From Demequinaceae bacterium (GTDB lineage Bacteria; Actinomycetota; Actinomycetes; Actinomycetales; Demequinaceae): a stretch of DNA of 32,000 bases. Both the position numbers and the translations under genes were made by a program. Shown here in pieces: positions 8,777 through 18,929 of this stretch (the first letter of the stretch is position 1; the number at the start of each line of letters is the position of its first letter). The DNA lies in NCBI GenBank assembly GCA_965250005.1, contig OZ252279.1:1710001-1742000 (forward strand), in the 5' to 3' direction. The notes under the pieces were generated by a model. It saw only the letters and a program-made list of their open reading frames with translations, ran no database searches and was not told where the DNA came from.

Positions 8777-9892
8777 ATGACCCCCGAGGCCTGGCTGGCG
8801 GCAGCTGGAGGCGCCGCGCTTGCCGCGCTCGTCACGTACGTCACGTTGCGCGCACGCCAGGGCCGCGAGGCCGTCGCGCGCAGCCTGGTGCCGCGCCGTA
8901 CCCGCCAGCTCATGGGAGCGCTGTCGTCCGGCGCGATTATCGTCCGCCGCGATCGGCGCGCGGCTTTCTCCAATGCGACCGCGTCCGCGCTGGGGCTCGC
9001 GCGGCCCGACGGCGCCCTCGACGAATCCGTCGCGGACCTGGCGGAACGGGCGTGGGAGCAAGGCGAGGCCGTCGAGGAGGAGATCAGCATTCGACGCGGC
9101 GTGCTCGGGGCCGTCGCCACCGTGCACGTGCGCGTCTCGCCGCTAGACGAGGATCTCGCGCTCGCCGTCGCGAACGACAGCACCGACCAGCGCGCCGCCG
9201 AGCTCACACGTCGCGAATTCGCCGTGAACGTGTCGCACGAACTCAAGACACCGGTGGGCGCGCTCGCGCTCTTGGCGGAAACCATTGACGCAGCAGCCGA
9301 TGAACCGGACACGGTGCGCGAGTTTGCCGCGAAAATCGGGAAGGAATCTCGGCGACTGTCCAAACTCATCCAGGAGATCATCGAGATCTCGCGACTCCAG
9401 GGCGGCGAAAGCGTCATGGACCACCAAGAGGTCAAGATCGGTGAGGTGATTGTCGAGGCGGTAGAAGCGGCGAAGCTCGCAGCCGAGGCTCGCAACATTG
9501 ACGTCACTGTTACAGAGAAGGCCAAGGCGAGCGTCATGGGTGACCGGGATCTGCTGGTCATGGCACTGCGCAACCTCGTCGACAACGCGATCGCATACTC
9601 CGATGCCGGGGGCCGGGTGTCCATAGATACGGCCCTTGACGGCAGCATCGTCACCCTGTCGGTCATCGACCGGGGCATCGGGATTGCCGCAAGCGAGCAG
9701 GAGCGCATCTTCGAACGGTTCTTCCGCACCGACCCCGCGCGATCCCGCGACAGCGGAGGCACGGGCCTTGGGCTGAGCATCGTCAAGCACGTGGCGCTGC
9801 AGCACGCGGGCGACGTGTCCGTCTGGTCGAGGATCGGTATCGGCTCAACGTTCGCGTTGCGCCTGCCCGTACACAAGGTCAAATCGTCATGA
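8777..9892 (+). CDS. senX3: Phosphate-responsive sensor histidine kinase (SenX3/PhoR type)
   Basis: 371 aa. It has an N-terminal TM segment, a PAS-like region, HisKA (FAVNVSHELKTPVGAL) and a HATPase domain (NLVDNAIAYS, DRGIGI, GGTGLGLSIVKH). It overlaps the response regulator gene by ATGA. Confidence 0.85.
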   Translation: MTPEAWLAAAGGAALAALVTYVTLRARQGREAVARSLVPRRTRQLMGALSSGAIIVRRDRRAAFSNATASALGLARPDGALDESVADLAERAWEQGEAVEEEISIRRGVLGAVATVHVRVSPLDEDLALAVANDSTDQRAAELTRREFAVNVSHELKTPVGALALLAETIDAAADEPDTVREFAAKIGKESRRLSKLIQEIIEISRLQGGESVMDHQEVKIGEVIVEAVEAAKLAAEARNIDVTVTEKAKASVMGDRDLLVMALRNLVDNAIAYSDAGGRVSIDTALDGSIVTLSVIDRGIGIAASEQERIFERFFRTDPARSRDSGGTGLGLSIVKHVALQHAGDVSVWSRIGIGSTFALRLPVHKVKSS

Positions 9893-10599
9893 CCAATAAG
9901 AGCGGGCCGCGGGTGCTGGTGGTTGAGGATGAAGAGTCATACCGCGCCTCGCTCAAGTTTCTGCTGGAACGCGAGGGCTTCGATGTGGCGCTCGCGGCCA
10001 CCGGGCCCGACGGTGTCCGCGCGTTCGAGCGCGGCGGCGCCGACGTCGTGCTTCTAGACCTCATGCTGCCCGGGCTAAGCGGCACGGACGTGTTCAAGGC
10101 GATCCGCGCGGACTCCGATGTGCCGATCATTATGGTGACGGCAAGGGACGACCAGGTGGACAAGGTTATTGGCCTTGAATTGGGCGCAGATGACTACGTA
10201 ACGAAGCCGTACTCGGGTCGCGAACTGGTCGCGCGCATACGCGCCGTGCTCCGGCGCGGGTCGCCCGCCCCACGCGATGACTTGGCGGCTGCGGAAAAGC
10301 TCACCGTCGCGGGACTCACGCTCGACCCCGAGCGACTCACGCTCGAGGGCATCGGAGAGAAGCAGTCGCTGCCGCCCAAGGAGTTCGCGCTACTGCACCT
10401 GCTCGTCACGAACGCGGGCCGCGTGTTGCCGCGTCAGACGATCATCGACCGGGTGTGGGGTCACGACTACTACGGGGACACCAAGACGCTCGACGTGCAC
10501 GTCAAGCGCGTGCGCGATCGCATCGAGCACGACGCGTCGCGGCCCGAGCTCGTCAAGACTATTCGTGGTGTCGGATACACGTTTGAGGCGCCCAAATAG
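9889..10599 (+). CDS. regX3: OmpR-family response regulator RegX3/PhoP
   Basis: 236 aa. Strongly resembles mycobacterial RegX3 as I recall it (VLVVEDEES, VLLDLMLPGLSGTDV, PIIMVTARDDQVDKVIGLELGADDYVTKPYSGRELVARIRAVLRR, DTKTLDVHVKRVRDRIE). Confidence 0.9.
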   Translation: MTNKSGPRVLVVEDEESYRASLKFLLEREGFDVALAATGPDGVRAFERGGADVVLLDLMLPGLSGTDVFKAIRADSDVPIIMVTARDDQVDKVIGLELGADDYVTKPYSGRELVARIRAVLRRGSPAPRDDLAAAEKLTVAGLTLDPERLTLEGIGEKQSLPPKEFALLHLLVTNAGRVLPRQTIIDRVWGHDYYGDTKTLDVHVKRVRDRIEHDASRPELVKTIRGVGYTFEAPK

Positions 10600-10647
10600 C
10601 GGCCGCCACCTGCGCGGCTTCGCGCCAGCAGAATGCCCGATTTGCGC

Positions 10648-10680
10648 GTTCACCGTTTGTTCATCCAACGTTCACGCCTG
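10648..10680 (+). promoter_or_regulatory. PHO box: three 11-nt direct repeat units GTTCACcgttt GTTCATccaac GTTCACgcctg upstream of pstS
   Basis: The hexamers start at 10648, 10659 and 10670, an exact 11-bp phasing, 86-118 bp upstream of the pstS GTG. They match the GTTCAC-core 11-nt direct-repeat architecture described for actinobacterial PhoP PHO boxes. Confidence 0.6.
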
Positions 10681-10765
10681 AGGCCTAGGCACCGTTACCT
10701 GGCGTGCGTAGCGTCGTAGTCAGCTGGCAAGGGTCGGCACTCATCACCGCCAAGAGGATGACTTC

Positions 10766-11851
10766 GTGACAATAGCAACGCGTACCGGCGTGGTGGCCGT
10801 CGCTGCGCTGTCGCTGGTGCTCGCGGCGTGTACGCCCACTAATGAGCGCGAAGACTGGGTTGGCGGGTCTGACTTGACCGGCGAGCTCAACGGGGCCGGT
10901 GCGTCGTCGCAGGAATCGGCGATGGAGGCGTGGCGCGCCGCGTTCCAGACAGACAACCGGGCGACCACGGTGAATTACGACGCGGTCGGCTCGGGAGGCG
11001 GACGCACCCAGTTTCTCGACGGTGCCACGAGCTTCGCCGGGTCTGATTCGCTCATGAACGCTGGCGAGTACGCGCTTGCCGTCGAGCGTTGCGACGGCAC
11101 TGCGGGTGCGATTCACTTCCCCACCTATGTCTCTCCCATCGCGGTGATCTTCAACCTCGACGGTGTCGCGAGCCTAAACATGACGTCGGACGTCATCGCG
11201 CAGATATTCGATGGCAAAATCGCGAACTGGTCTGACGCCGCGATCGCGGACATCAACCCTGGCGTCTCGCTGCCTGACCTGGTGATCACCTCGGTGCACC
11301 GCTCGGACGAGTCGGGCACGTCGAAGAACTTCACCGACTATCTCGCCAAGGCCTCCGAATCCTGGCCGTACGAGCCGTCCGGCGAGTGGCCAAACAACAT
11401 CGGCGAGGGCGGCCCGGGAACCTCCGCGGTTGTTTCGCTCGTCCGGGACACCAACGGCACGATCGCCTACGCGGATGCCTCCCGAGTCGGCACACTCGGC
11501 ACCGTGGCCCTTGGCGTTGGCGACAGTTTTGTCGAGTTCTCGCCCGCGGGAGCCGCAATCGCGGTGGCGGCGTCGCCGCTCGCCGAAGGCGCGAACGGCG
11601 CGAACGACCTCGCGTACGAACTCGACCGCAACACCACGGCGGAGGGCGCGTACCCGCTTGTGCTCGTCTCGTATCACGTCGCGTGCCAACAGTACGACGA
11701 CGTGGACGAGCGCGCGCTGGTCACCGCATTCCTCAGGTTCGTAGCGTCAGAAGACGGTCAGGACGTTTCCGCACGCGCCGCTGGGTCCTCTCCGATTGGC
11801 AGCCTCGGTGACGACGTCGTCGCGATTCTCGACGAGATCGCGGTGGGATAG
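10766..11851 (+). CDS. pstS: Phosphate ABC transporter substrate-binding lipoprotein
   Basis: 361 aa, GTG start with an AAGAGGA RBS and lipobox LVLAAC. Contains GAGASSQESAMEAW, YDAVGSGGGRTQF and the SDESGTS phosphate-binding motif. Confidence 0.9.
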   Translation: MTIATRTGVVAVAALSLVLAACTPTNEREDWVGGSDLTGELNGAGASSQESAMEAWRAAFQTDNRATTVNYDAVGSGGGRTQFLDGATSFAGSDSLMNAGEYALAVERCDGTAGAIHFPTYVSPIAVIFNLDGVASLNMTSDVIAQIFDGKIANWSDAAIADINPGVSLPDLVITSVHRSDESGTSKNFTDYLAKASESWPYEPSGEWPNNIGEGGPGTSAVVSLVRDTNGTIAYADASRVGTLGTVALGVGDSFVEFSPAGAAIAVAASPLAEGANGANDLAYELDRNTTAEGAYPLVLVSYHVACQQYDDVDERALVTAFLRFVASEDGQDVSARAAGSSPIGSLGDDVVAILDEIAVG

Positions 11852-11947
11852 AAAGATGCGAAAAGACCGGTCGTGCGCTCGTCCGCAGGGACGGGTCCAC
11901 GGCCGCGCGATTCTCTCTGCGGCAAGGACGTTCAACGGAGGCAGTAG

Positions 11948-12964
11948 GTGACGCAGACAAATCGGGTGGCCATCGAAGCCGATTCCGTGCCTCTCACGGT
12001 ACAGAACCGCAATGTCGCCAACTCCATTTTCACCGGGCTCTCCGTCGGTGCCGCGGGCCTCATCCTGGTCACACTCGCCGCCGTCGCAAGTTTCCTCCTG
12101 CTCGAGGCGATGCCGGCACTCACGTCGTCGGCCGAGGACCTTGCTGACTACGTCGACTGGCTCGGCACCGAGTCTAACGAGACGCTCATGGCCAATATCG
12201 GCTTCCTTGTGTATGGAACACTGATCATTTCGACCATCGCCATCCTGCTCGCCGCCCCCGTCTCGTACGGCATCGCTCTGTTCATCTCACATTACGCGCC
12301 GCGCCGTCTCGCCTCCAGCCTTGGGTACGCCGTTGACCTGCTCGCCGCCATTCCGTCCGTGGTCTACGGGCTCTGGGGATTCATCGTGCTGGTCCCCGCG
12401 CTGCTACCCACGTTCGAGTGGCTCGAAACCAACGTCGGGTGGATTCCCATTTTTGCCGGCCGCGAGCTCGCCGACGGAACCACCTCGGTGGGAACCGGCC
12501 GGGTCGCCCTGGCCGCAAGCGTGGTCCTTGCCATTATGATCTTGCCCATCATCACAGCGGTGACCCGTGAGGTCTTCCTTCAGACACCCAAACTGCACGA
12601 GGAGGCCGCTCTCGCGATGGGCGCCACCAAGTGGGAAATGATCCGTATGGCCGTGTTCCCGTACGGACGCTCCGGGATGATCGGCGCAACAATGCTGGGC
12701 CTGGGTCGCGCGCTCGGCGAGACGATGGCCGTCTACATGATCCTGACACCCGCAGCGGTGGTCGTGTACTCCGCGAGCGTGCTCGAACCTGCGGCACACA
12801 ACACCATCGCCGCCAATATCGCCCTCAAGTTCCCGGAGGCCAACTCGCAGGGCGTCTCGGCGCTCATCGCCATGGGTCTCGCATTATTCGTCATCACGCT
12901 CCTGGTCAACATGGTGGCTCGCTGGGTTGTCGCGCGCCGCGCAGAGTTCTCGGGAGCCAACTAA
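11948..12964 (+). CDS. pstC: Phosphate ABC transporter permease PstC
   Basis: 338 aa, GGAGG RBS, polytopic. EAALAMGATKWEMI is the EAA loop. Confidence 0.9.
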   Translation: MTQTNRVAIEADSVPLTVQNRNVANSIFTGLSVGAAGLILVTLAAVASFLLLEAMPALTSSAEDLADYVDWLGTESNETLMANIGFLVYGTLIISTIAILLAAPVSYGIALFISHYAPRRLASSLGYAVDLLAAIPSVVYGLWGFIVLVPALLPTFEWLETNVGWIPIFAGRELADGTTSVGTGRVALAASVVLAIMILPIITAVTREVFLQTPKLHEEAALAMGATKWEMIRMAVFPYGRSGMIGATMLGLGRALGETMAVYMILTPAAVVVYSASVLEPAAHNTIAANIALKFPEANSQGVSALIAMGLALFVITLLVNMVARWVVARRAEFSGAN

Positions 12965-13959
12965 TGGCAGCGAAGAAGCAATTGGGTGTGAACAAGACGA
13001 CGACGGCGACGGCGTTGGCGCTTGGGACGGTCTCGGCGCGGCGTCGGTGGACCGACCGTGGCATGCGCGCCGTTGTCTATGCGGCGTTCGCTGCGGCCAT
13101 GATCCCGCTGGTGTGGCTGACAGTGACCGTTGTCGATCGAGGCATGGACCGCTTCTTCCTCGACTCGAAGGGTGAACGAAACTTCAACCTTGACTTCTTC
13201 AACCAGTCGATGCGCGGCATCTTTGGTGGAATGCCGGAGGGCGGCATCGCTCACGCGATGACCGGAACGCTGCTCATTACGGTGGCGGCCGCAGTCATCT
13301 CGATCCCGATCGGTCTGCTCACCGCTATCTACCTCGTGGAGTACGGCGAGGGCTGGCTCAAGCGAGCGGTCACCTTCTTCGTTGACGTCATGACCGGAAT
13401 CCCGTCCATCGTTGCTGGGCTCTTCGCCTACGCACTGTTCTCGGTGATCTTCGGTGGGCCAACCAAGACGGGGTTCGTTGGCGCCGCAGCGTTGTCCGTG
13501 CTCATGATTCCGGTCGTTGTCCGCACCAGCGAGGAAATGCTCCGCCTGGTTCCGAACGAACTGCGCGAAGCGTCGTACGCGCTCGGCGTGCCCAAGTGGC
13601 TCACCATCCTCAAAGTTGTGATGCGGACGGCGTTCGCTGGCATCTCGACTGGAGTCATGCTCTCTGTCGCGCGGGTAATCGGCGAGACGGCTCCGCTGCT
13701 CATCGCCGTTGGGTTTGCGGACTCGCAGAATGTCAACCTCTTTGACGGCAAGATGATGTCCCTCCCGGTGTACATCGTGGAGCAGTGGCGCAAAGGCGAC
13801 GCGACGTGCAACGAGGGTTCCGCCATCATCGGATGCACGCCAGAAATCACGGAGTATCGCGCTTGGGCCGCCGCCCTGGTCCTCATCGCGATCGTCATGC
13901 TGCTTAACCTCGTCGCGCGGATAATCGCGCGCTACCTGTCCCCCAAGACCAGCCGCTAG
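12964..13959 (+). CDS. pstA: Phosphate ABC transporter permease PstA
   Basis: ORF 12631..13959 is trimmed to the ATG at 12964, which overlaps the pstC stop (TAATG). The product starts MAAKKQLGVNK..., is polytopic and carries the EAA loop REASYALGVPKWLTI. Confidence 0.9.
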   Translation: MAAKKQLGVNKTTTATALALGTVSARRRWTDRGMRAVVYAAFAAAMIPLVWLTVTVVDRGMDRFFLDSKGERNFNLDFFNQSMRGIFGGMPEGGIAHAMTGTLLITVAAAVISIPIGLLTAIYLVEYGEGWLKRAVTFFVDVMTGIPSIVAGLFAYALFSVIFGGPTKTGFVGAAALSVLMIPVVVRTSEEMLRLVPNELREASYALGVPKWLTILKVVMRTAFAGISTGVMLSVARVIGETAPLLIAVGFADSQNVNLFDGKMMSLPVYIVEQWRKGDATCNEGSAIIGCTPEITEYRAWAAALVLIAIVMLLNLVARIIARYLSPKTSR

Positions 13960-13974
13960 AAGACGGAGAATCAC

Positions 13975-14754
13975 GTGGCGAAGCGAATTGACGTCAACAA
14001 CCTGGATGTCTTCTACAGCAAGTTCCTTGCCGTAGAAGATGTGTCGCTCGCGATCGAGCCCAACTCAGTCACGGCCATCATTGGCCCCTCGGGATGCGGA
14101 AAATCCACCTTTCTGCGAACCATAAACCGCATGCACGAGGTCATCCCCGGCGCGCGCGTCGATGGCGAGGTGCTGATGGATGGCGTGGACCTCTACGGCG
14201 ACGGCGTTGACCCTGTCGCAGTGCGACGTCACGTGGGCATGGTGTTCCAGCGGCCCAATCCATTCCCGACCATGTCAATCTCTGGGAATGTGCTCGCCGG
14301 CGTGAAACTCAACAACGGACGCATGTCCAAGCCCGACGCGGCCGACCTTGTCGAAAAGTCGCTTAAGGATGCCAACCTCTGGAAAGAGGTCAAAGACCGC
14401 CTAGACAAGCCGGGCTCAGCGCTTTCCGGAGGGCAGCAGCAGCGACTCTGCATCGCCCGTGCGATCGCGATTAAGCCGGACGTGCTGCTGATGGATGAGC
14501 CATGTTCGGCCCTCGACCCCATCTCGACTCTCGCGATCGAGGACCTCATCGCGGAACTGAAGGATTCGTACACAATTGTCATCGTCACGCACAACATGCA
14601 GCAGGCAGCCCGCGTGAGCGATCGGACGGCGTTCTTCAATATCAGCGGCAGCGGAGAGCCAGGCAAACTCATTGAAATGAACGACACGGCGACCATCTTC
14701 TCGGCCCCCGAGGTCAGGGCGACCGAGGATTACATCTCCGGTCGGTTCGGCTAG
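13975..14754 (+). CDS. pstB: Phosphate ABC transporter ATP-binding protein
   Basis: 259 aa. Walker [10 protein letters not shown], signature [14 protein letters not shown], Walker [12 protein letters not shown], and the PstB-typical C-terminus [10 protein letters not shown]. Confidence 0.95.
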   Translation: MAKRIDVNNLDVFYSKFLAVEDVSLAIEPNSVTAIIGPSGCGKSTFLRTINRMHEVIPGARVDGEVLMDGVDLYGDGVDPVAVRRHVGMVFQRPNPFPTMSISGNVLAGVKLNNGRMSKPDAADLVEKSLKDANLWKEVKDRLDKPGSALSGGQQQRLCIARAIAIKPDVLLMDEPCSALDPISTLAIEDLIAELKDSYTIVIVTHNMQQAARVSDRTAFFNISGSGEPGKLIEMNDTATIFSAPEVRATEDYISGRFG

Positions 14755-14859
14755 AGCGAGCAGTTTCGGTGTGCCTTTCGATGGCCAAAGCTGGCCCCGG
14801 CTCTAGCCGGCCGCGCGATGGTAGAATAGGTCTTCGAACCGAGGGGAATCACCAAAAAC

Positions 14860-15342
14860 ATGAACTTCGCAGTTGGCGAGACCGTTGTCTACCCGCATCA
14901 CGGGGCCGCAAAGATCGAAGACATCAAGAAGCGCACCGTCCGAGGTGAAGAGAAGACCTACCTCAAGCTCAGGGTCGCACAGGGCGACCTAACCATCGAA
15001 GTTCCCCAAGAGAACGTCGACCTGGTTGGCGTGCGCGATGTTGTCGACAAGAAGGGCCTCGAAAACGTATTCAAGGTCCTCAGGGAGCCGTACATCGAAG
15101 AGCCGACCAACTGGTCGCGCCGCTACAAGGCCAACGTCGAGAAGCTCGCCTCTGGCGACGTGCTGCGCGTGGCCGAGGTGGTTCGCGATCTCTCCCGCCG
15201 CGACACTGAGAAGGGTCTGAGCGCTGGAGAGAAGCGCATGCTGAGCAAGGCACGCCAGATCCTCGGATCCGAGCTCGCACTCGCGTGGAAGTGTTCGGAG
15301 GAAGAAGCAGCAGTCCGCCTGGACGAGGTCCTAGCGCCGTGA
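14860..15342 (+). CDS. carD: CarD-family RNA polymerase-binding transcription regulator
   Basis: 160 aa. [20 protein letters not shown]...EKTYLKLRV is the RID/TRCF-like domain, and the C-terminal helical domain has the WSRRYKAN tryptophan motif. The carD-ispD-ispF-cysS order is conserved. Confidence 0.93.
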   Translation: MNFAVGETVVYPHHGAAKIEDIKKRTVRGEEKTYLKLRVAQGDLTIEVPQENVDLVGVRDVVDKKGLENVFKVLREPYIEEPTNWSRRYKANVEKLASGDVLRVAEVVRDLSRRDTEKGLSAGEKRMLSKARQILGSELALAWKCSEEEAAVRLDEVLAP

Positions 15343-16043
15343 CCGTTGCGGCGGTTATCACCGCCGCTGGGCTTGGCGCCCGCCTGGGCTCGGGCCTACC
15401 CAAGGCGCTCGTGAGCGTGGCCGGTAGGCCGCTGGCCGCATGGGCGCTCGCGAACATCGCCGATGTGGCTGACGTCGTAGTCATCACCGCACCCGTCGAC
15501 TATGTAGAAGCGATGGAGGACGCCGTGGCCAGTGTGTGCCTAGCCCACCCCACGCTTGACGTCTCCGTAATCCCGGGAGGCGAAACCCGGCCCCAGTCCG
15601 TTCGCGCCGGTCTCGACGCCCTGTGGGCGTTCAACGGCTCCCCACCGAGCATCGTCCTCATTCACGACGCCGCGCGGGCGTTCATGCCAGCCGAATCCAT
15701 GCGAGCCGCGATCGACGCAGTGCAGGCAGGTTCAGACGGTGCCGTCCCCGTAGTCCATCTAGTGGACACGCTGGTCGCGTCGCCAGGCGAAGACGGCGCC
15801 ATGGGCGTGAACGTGGACCGCGATACGCTCCGGGCCGTGCAAACCCCACAGGTATTCAAGGCGGCCGTTATCAAGGACGCCCACGACCGCGGGGCCGCGG
15901 ACGGCCGCAGCGACACGGACGACGCCACGCTCGCGAGGGAGTACGGCTACCGCGTGGTAGCAACCAAGGGCCACCCGTGGGGCTTTAAGGTGACACAAGC
16001 GGGGGACCTTGCCCTCGCCGAGCACATCGCGAGGCTGACGTGA
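15339..16043 (+). CDS. ispD: 2-C-methyl-D-erythritol 4-phosphate cytidylyltransferase
   Basis: The GTG at 15339 overlaps the carD stop (GTGA). The product has [30 protein letters not shown] (the P-loop-like AAGxGxR...PK motif), then IHDAARAF and VQTPQVF. Confidence 0.88.
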   Translation: MTVAAVITAAGLGARLGSGLPKALVSVAGRPLAAWALANIADVADVVVITAPVDYVEAMEDAVASVCLAHPTLDVSVIPGGETRPQSVRAGLDALWAFNGSPPSIVLIHDAARAFMPAESMRAAIDAVQAGSDGAVPVVHLVDTLVASPGEDGAMGVNVDRDTLRAVQTPQVFKAAVIKDAHDRGAADGRSDTDDATLAREYGYRVVATKGHPWGFKVTQAGDLALAEHIARLT

Positions 16044-16531
16044 CCACACCTTCGGCTGGAACGCCGCGAACCGGCATTGGCGTAGATGTACACGCTTATG
16101 GCGAAAAGACCGGGCTCAATCTTGCCGGGCTTCACTGGGCTGACGAGCGCGCGCTTGTGGGCCACTCTGACGCGGACGTCGCCGCCCACGCCGCCTGCGA
16201 TGCGCTGCTTAGCGCCGCCGGGCTCGGGGACCTAGGCACGCACTTTGGGACGGACCGTCAGGAGTGGGCCGGTGCCGCGGGAGTGGCTCTGCTGGCCCAG
16301 ACCGCACACCTCGTTCGCGAGGCCGGTTTCGAAATCGGCAACATCGCCATTCAGGTGCTTGGAAATCGTCCCAAACTCGCGCCGCGCCGGGCCGAGGCCG
16401 AGGCCGCGCTGAGCGAGGCAGCAGGAGCCTCCGTCGCTGTGAGCGGGACCACCACGGACGCGCTTGGGTTCACGGGCAGGGGTGAGGGCCTCGCGGCGTT
16501 CGCCACGGCCCTGATCACGCCGGTACCCTGA
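16040..16531 (+). CDS. ispF: 2-C-methyl-D-erythritol 2,4-cyclodiphosphate synthase
   Basis: 163 aa. Contains GIGVDVHAY and [34 protein letters not shown] overlap with ispD. Confidence 0.92.
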   Translation: MTTPSAGTPRTGIGVDVHAYGEKTGLNLAGLHWADERALVGHSDADVAAHAACDALLSAAGLGDLGTHFGTDRQEWAGAAGVALLAQTAHLVREAGFEIGNIAIQVLGNRPKLAPRRAEAEAALSEAAGASVAVSGTTTDALGFTGRGEGLAAFATALITPVP

Positions 16532-16536
16532 ACCCC

Positions 16537-17955
16537 GTGACCCTCAGCCTCTTCAATACCGCGACCCGTGAGGTCGCCGACTTCGTCCCCGTCAACAAGG
16601 GACAGGCCGGCATCTACGTCTGCGGCGCGACCGTCCAGGGAGCCCCGCACGTGGGCCACATGCGCGCGTTCGTCGCGTTCGACGTGCTGCGGAGGTGGTT
16701 GACGCGCTCGGGCTACAACGTGACTTACGTGCGAAACGTCACGGACATCGGTGACAAGATCTTCGACCTAGCCAAAGAGAACGACGTTCAGTGGTGGGCG
16801 TGGGCTCAGCACTTCGAGCGCGAGTTCACGCAGGCGTACGACGCGCTTGGCATCCTGCCTCCCACGCGTGAGCCGCGGGCTACGGGCCACATCCCGGAAA
16901 TCGTCGCGCTCATCGAGAAGCTGATCGAGCGCGGGAACGCCTACGAGCAAGAGGGCTCGGTCTATTTTGACGTTGCTTCGCTGCCCGACTACGGCTCACT
17001 CACCAACCAGGGGCTCGCGGACATGGCTCCGGCGCAGGATTCGCCAGAGATCGCCAAGCGCGACGCGCGCGACTTCGCGCTGTGGAAGGCCGCCAAGTTC
17101 GACGAGCCGGCGTCCGCGCAGTGGCAGACTCTGTGGGGCCTTGGCCGGCCTGGCTGGCACATCGAGTGCTCAGCAATGGCGCAGAAATACTTGGGCGAAG
17201 AGTTTGACATTCACGGCGGCGGACTCGACCTGAGATTCCCACACCACGAGAACGAGTTGGCCCAGTCGCGAGCAGCAGGCCACCCGTTCGCGCGTGTGTG
17301 GATGCACAGCGCCTGGCTGACCCAGTCGGGCACCAAGATGTCCAAGTCGCTCGGCAACTCGCTGCTGGTCGAGGAGGTGCTCAAGGACTTTGACGCCGCG
17401 CCGCTGCGGCTCGCGCTCGCGGGGGTGCACTATCGTTCGATGCTCGAGTACTCCGACTCCAGCGTGGAGGACGCTACAGCCACGTGGGCCCGCCTTGATG
17501 GCTTTGTACGTCGCGCGAGTGAGCGCGTGGGCCAGGCGAGCCCTGAAGATGTTGCGGCGGCCAGCCTTCCTGCTGAGTTTGTCGAAGCCATGGACGACGA
17601 CCTCTCGGTTCCGCGCGCGCTCGCGCACATCCACGAGGTGGTAAGCGACGGCAACACCGCGCTGACCGCCAGGGACGACAAGGCGCTTGCGCCCGTCGTC
17701 CTCGTGGTCAGGGCAATGCTCGACGTGCTCGGTCTCGATCCGCTCAGTGCGCAGTGGAGCGCGGACGGATCTGCGGGCGCAGCGCTGACCGCACTTGACG
17801 TGATGGTCAAGTCCGCGATTAACGACCGTGAAAGGGCGCGCGCCAATAAGGACTGGGCAGAGGCCGACGCCATTCGGGACCGCCTTACAGCAGCGGGGGT
17901 CGTGGTCGAGGATTCAGCCGACGGCGCGCGCTGGTCGCTAGCGCAGGAAGAGTAG
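16537..17955 (+). CDS. cysS: Cysteine--tRNA ligase
   Basis: 472 aa. HIGH-type motif (APHVGHMR), GRPGWHIECSAM, FPHHENE and KMSKSLGN. Confidence 0.95.
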   Translation: MTLSLFNTATREVADFVPVNKGQAGIYVCGATVQGAPHVGHMRAFVAFDVLRRWLTRSGYNVTYVRNVTDIGDKIFDLAKENDVQWWAWAQHFEREFTQAYDALGILPPTREPRATGHIPEIVALIEKLIERGNAYEQEGSVYFDVASLPDYGSLTNQGLADMAPAQDSPEIAKRDARDFALWKAAKFDEPASAQWQTLWGLGRPGWHIECSAMAQKYLGEEFDIHGGGLDLRFPHHENELAQSRAAGHPFARVWMHSAWLTQSGTKMSKSLGNSLLVEEVLKDFDAAPLRLALAGVHYRSMLEYSDSSVEDATATWARLDGFVRRASERVGQASPEDVAAASLPAEFVEAMDDDLSVPRALAHIHEVVSDGNTALTARDDKALAPVVLVVRAMLDVLGLDPLSAQWSADGSAGAALTALDVMVKSAINDRERARANKDWAEADAIRDRLTAAGVVVEDSADGARWSLAQEE

Positions 17956-17963
17956 GAACAGAC

Positions 17964-18911
17964 GTGGCAGGCAACTCCAAGCGCAAGGGCGCCATCCGCA
18001 AGCCGGGCTCCAAGAAGGGCGCCCAGGCGGGCAGCGGCGGCAAGGGCCGCCGGTCACTTGAGGGCAAGGGCCCCACTCCCAAGGCGGAGGACCGGCCGTA
18101 TCACGTGGCGCATCGGCGCAAGAACCTCGCCGAGAGGACGCCAGCGGCCCCTCGCAGGGTGTCTGGAGGACGTGGAGGCGGTTCGGCGACGGAAGTAGTG
18201 GCTGGGCGCAACGCGGTCCTCGAGGCGCTCCGTGCGCAGATCGAGGCCGAGGGGCTATTCGTGTTCAATCACGTGGACGCAGATGACCGCATTACCGAAA
18301 TAGTTGAGTTCGCGCTCGATCGCAACATCAAGGTCGAAGAGGTGCCCAAGGCGGATCTCGAGGCTCTCACTGACGGCGCCAAGCACCAGGGCGTAGCGCT
18401 TACGGTCCCGCCATACGATTACGCGGCTCCAGATGATCTGCTTGGTGGGTCCGCGACTCCGCTCATTGTCGCGCTCGACTCGATCCAAGACCCTCGTAAC
18501 CTGGGCGCGATCATGCGGTCGGCAGCTGCCTTCGGCGCGACCGGCGTGTTGGTCCCTGAACGTCGCGCCGCGGGCGTGACCGTCAGCGCTTGGAAGGTCT
18601 CGGCCGGTGCCGCCGCCCGCATTCGCGTGGCGCGCGCAACCAATCTCGCACGCACTCTGGGTGACTACAAGAAACAGCACCTCTTTGTGGTGGGTCTAGA
18701 CGGCGGTGGCGACATGGAGTTGGCAGATAGCGAGCTTCTCAATGAGCCGCTTGTGCTGGTGGTCGGGTCCGAAGGCAAGGGCCTGTCGCGCCTGGTGCGG
18801 GAGGCGTGCGACCAGGTAGTGTCCATTCCGATCAGCGCGGCAACCGAATCGCTCAACGCGTCGGTCGCTGCGTCGCTTGCGCTGTACGAGACTCGGCGCG
18901 CGCGCTCCTAG
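17964..18911 (+). CDS. rlmB: 23S rRNA (guanosine-2'-O)-methyltransferase, TrmH/SpoU family (RlmB-like)
   Basis: 315 aa. A basic N-terminal extension is followed by a SpoU substrate-binding domain and a SPOUT core (LDSIQDPRNLGAIMRSAAAFG, LVVGSEGKGLS, IPISAATESLNASVAA). Confidence 0.85.
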   Translation: MAGNSKRKGAIRKPGSKKGAQAGSGGKGRRSLEGKGPTPKAEDRPYHVAHRRKNLAERTPAAPRRVSGGRGGGSATEVVAGRNAVLEALRAQIEAEGLFVFNHVDADDRITEIVEFALDRNIKVEEVPKADLEALTDGAKHQGVALTVPPYDYAAPDDLLGGSATPLIVALDSIQDPRNLGAIMRSAAAFGATGVLVPERRAAGVTVSAWKVSAGAAARIRVARATNLARTLGDYKKQHLFVVGLDGGGDMELADSELLNEPLVLVVGSEGKGLSRLVREACDQVVSIPISAATESLNASVAASLALYETRRARS

Positions 18912-18929
18912 TTGACACCGGCGCTGGCG

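Noticed and set aside
7990-9882. 630-aa minus-strand ORF spanning phoU and the whole of senX3
   Set aside because: Only the last 219 codons (from the ATG at 8649 with an RBS) look like PhoU. The upstream 410 codons are an Arg/Ser/Ala-rich antisense shadow of the well-supported senX3 gene, which is typical of high-GC DNA.
12631-12963. N-terminal extension of the pstA ORF inside pstC
   Set aside because: It is an out-of-frame overlap with pstC and has Arg-rich shadow composition. The TAATG-coupled ATG at 12964 gives a normal PstA.
14748-14809. 10-bp inverted repeat CGGCTAGAGC...GCTCTAGCCG spanning the pstB stop, and a TAGAAT hexamer (14822-14827) upstream of carD
   Set aside because: With a 42-nt loop, a 10-bp repeat is expected about once by chance in a GC-rich window of this size. 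The TAGAAT has no convincing -35 partner. Both are plausible (terminator and carD promoter) but not supportable from the sequence alone.
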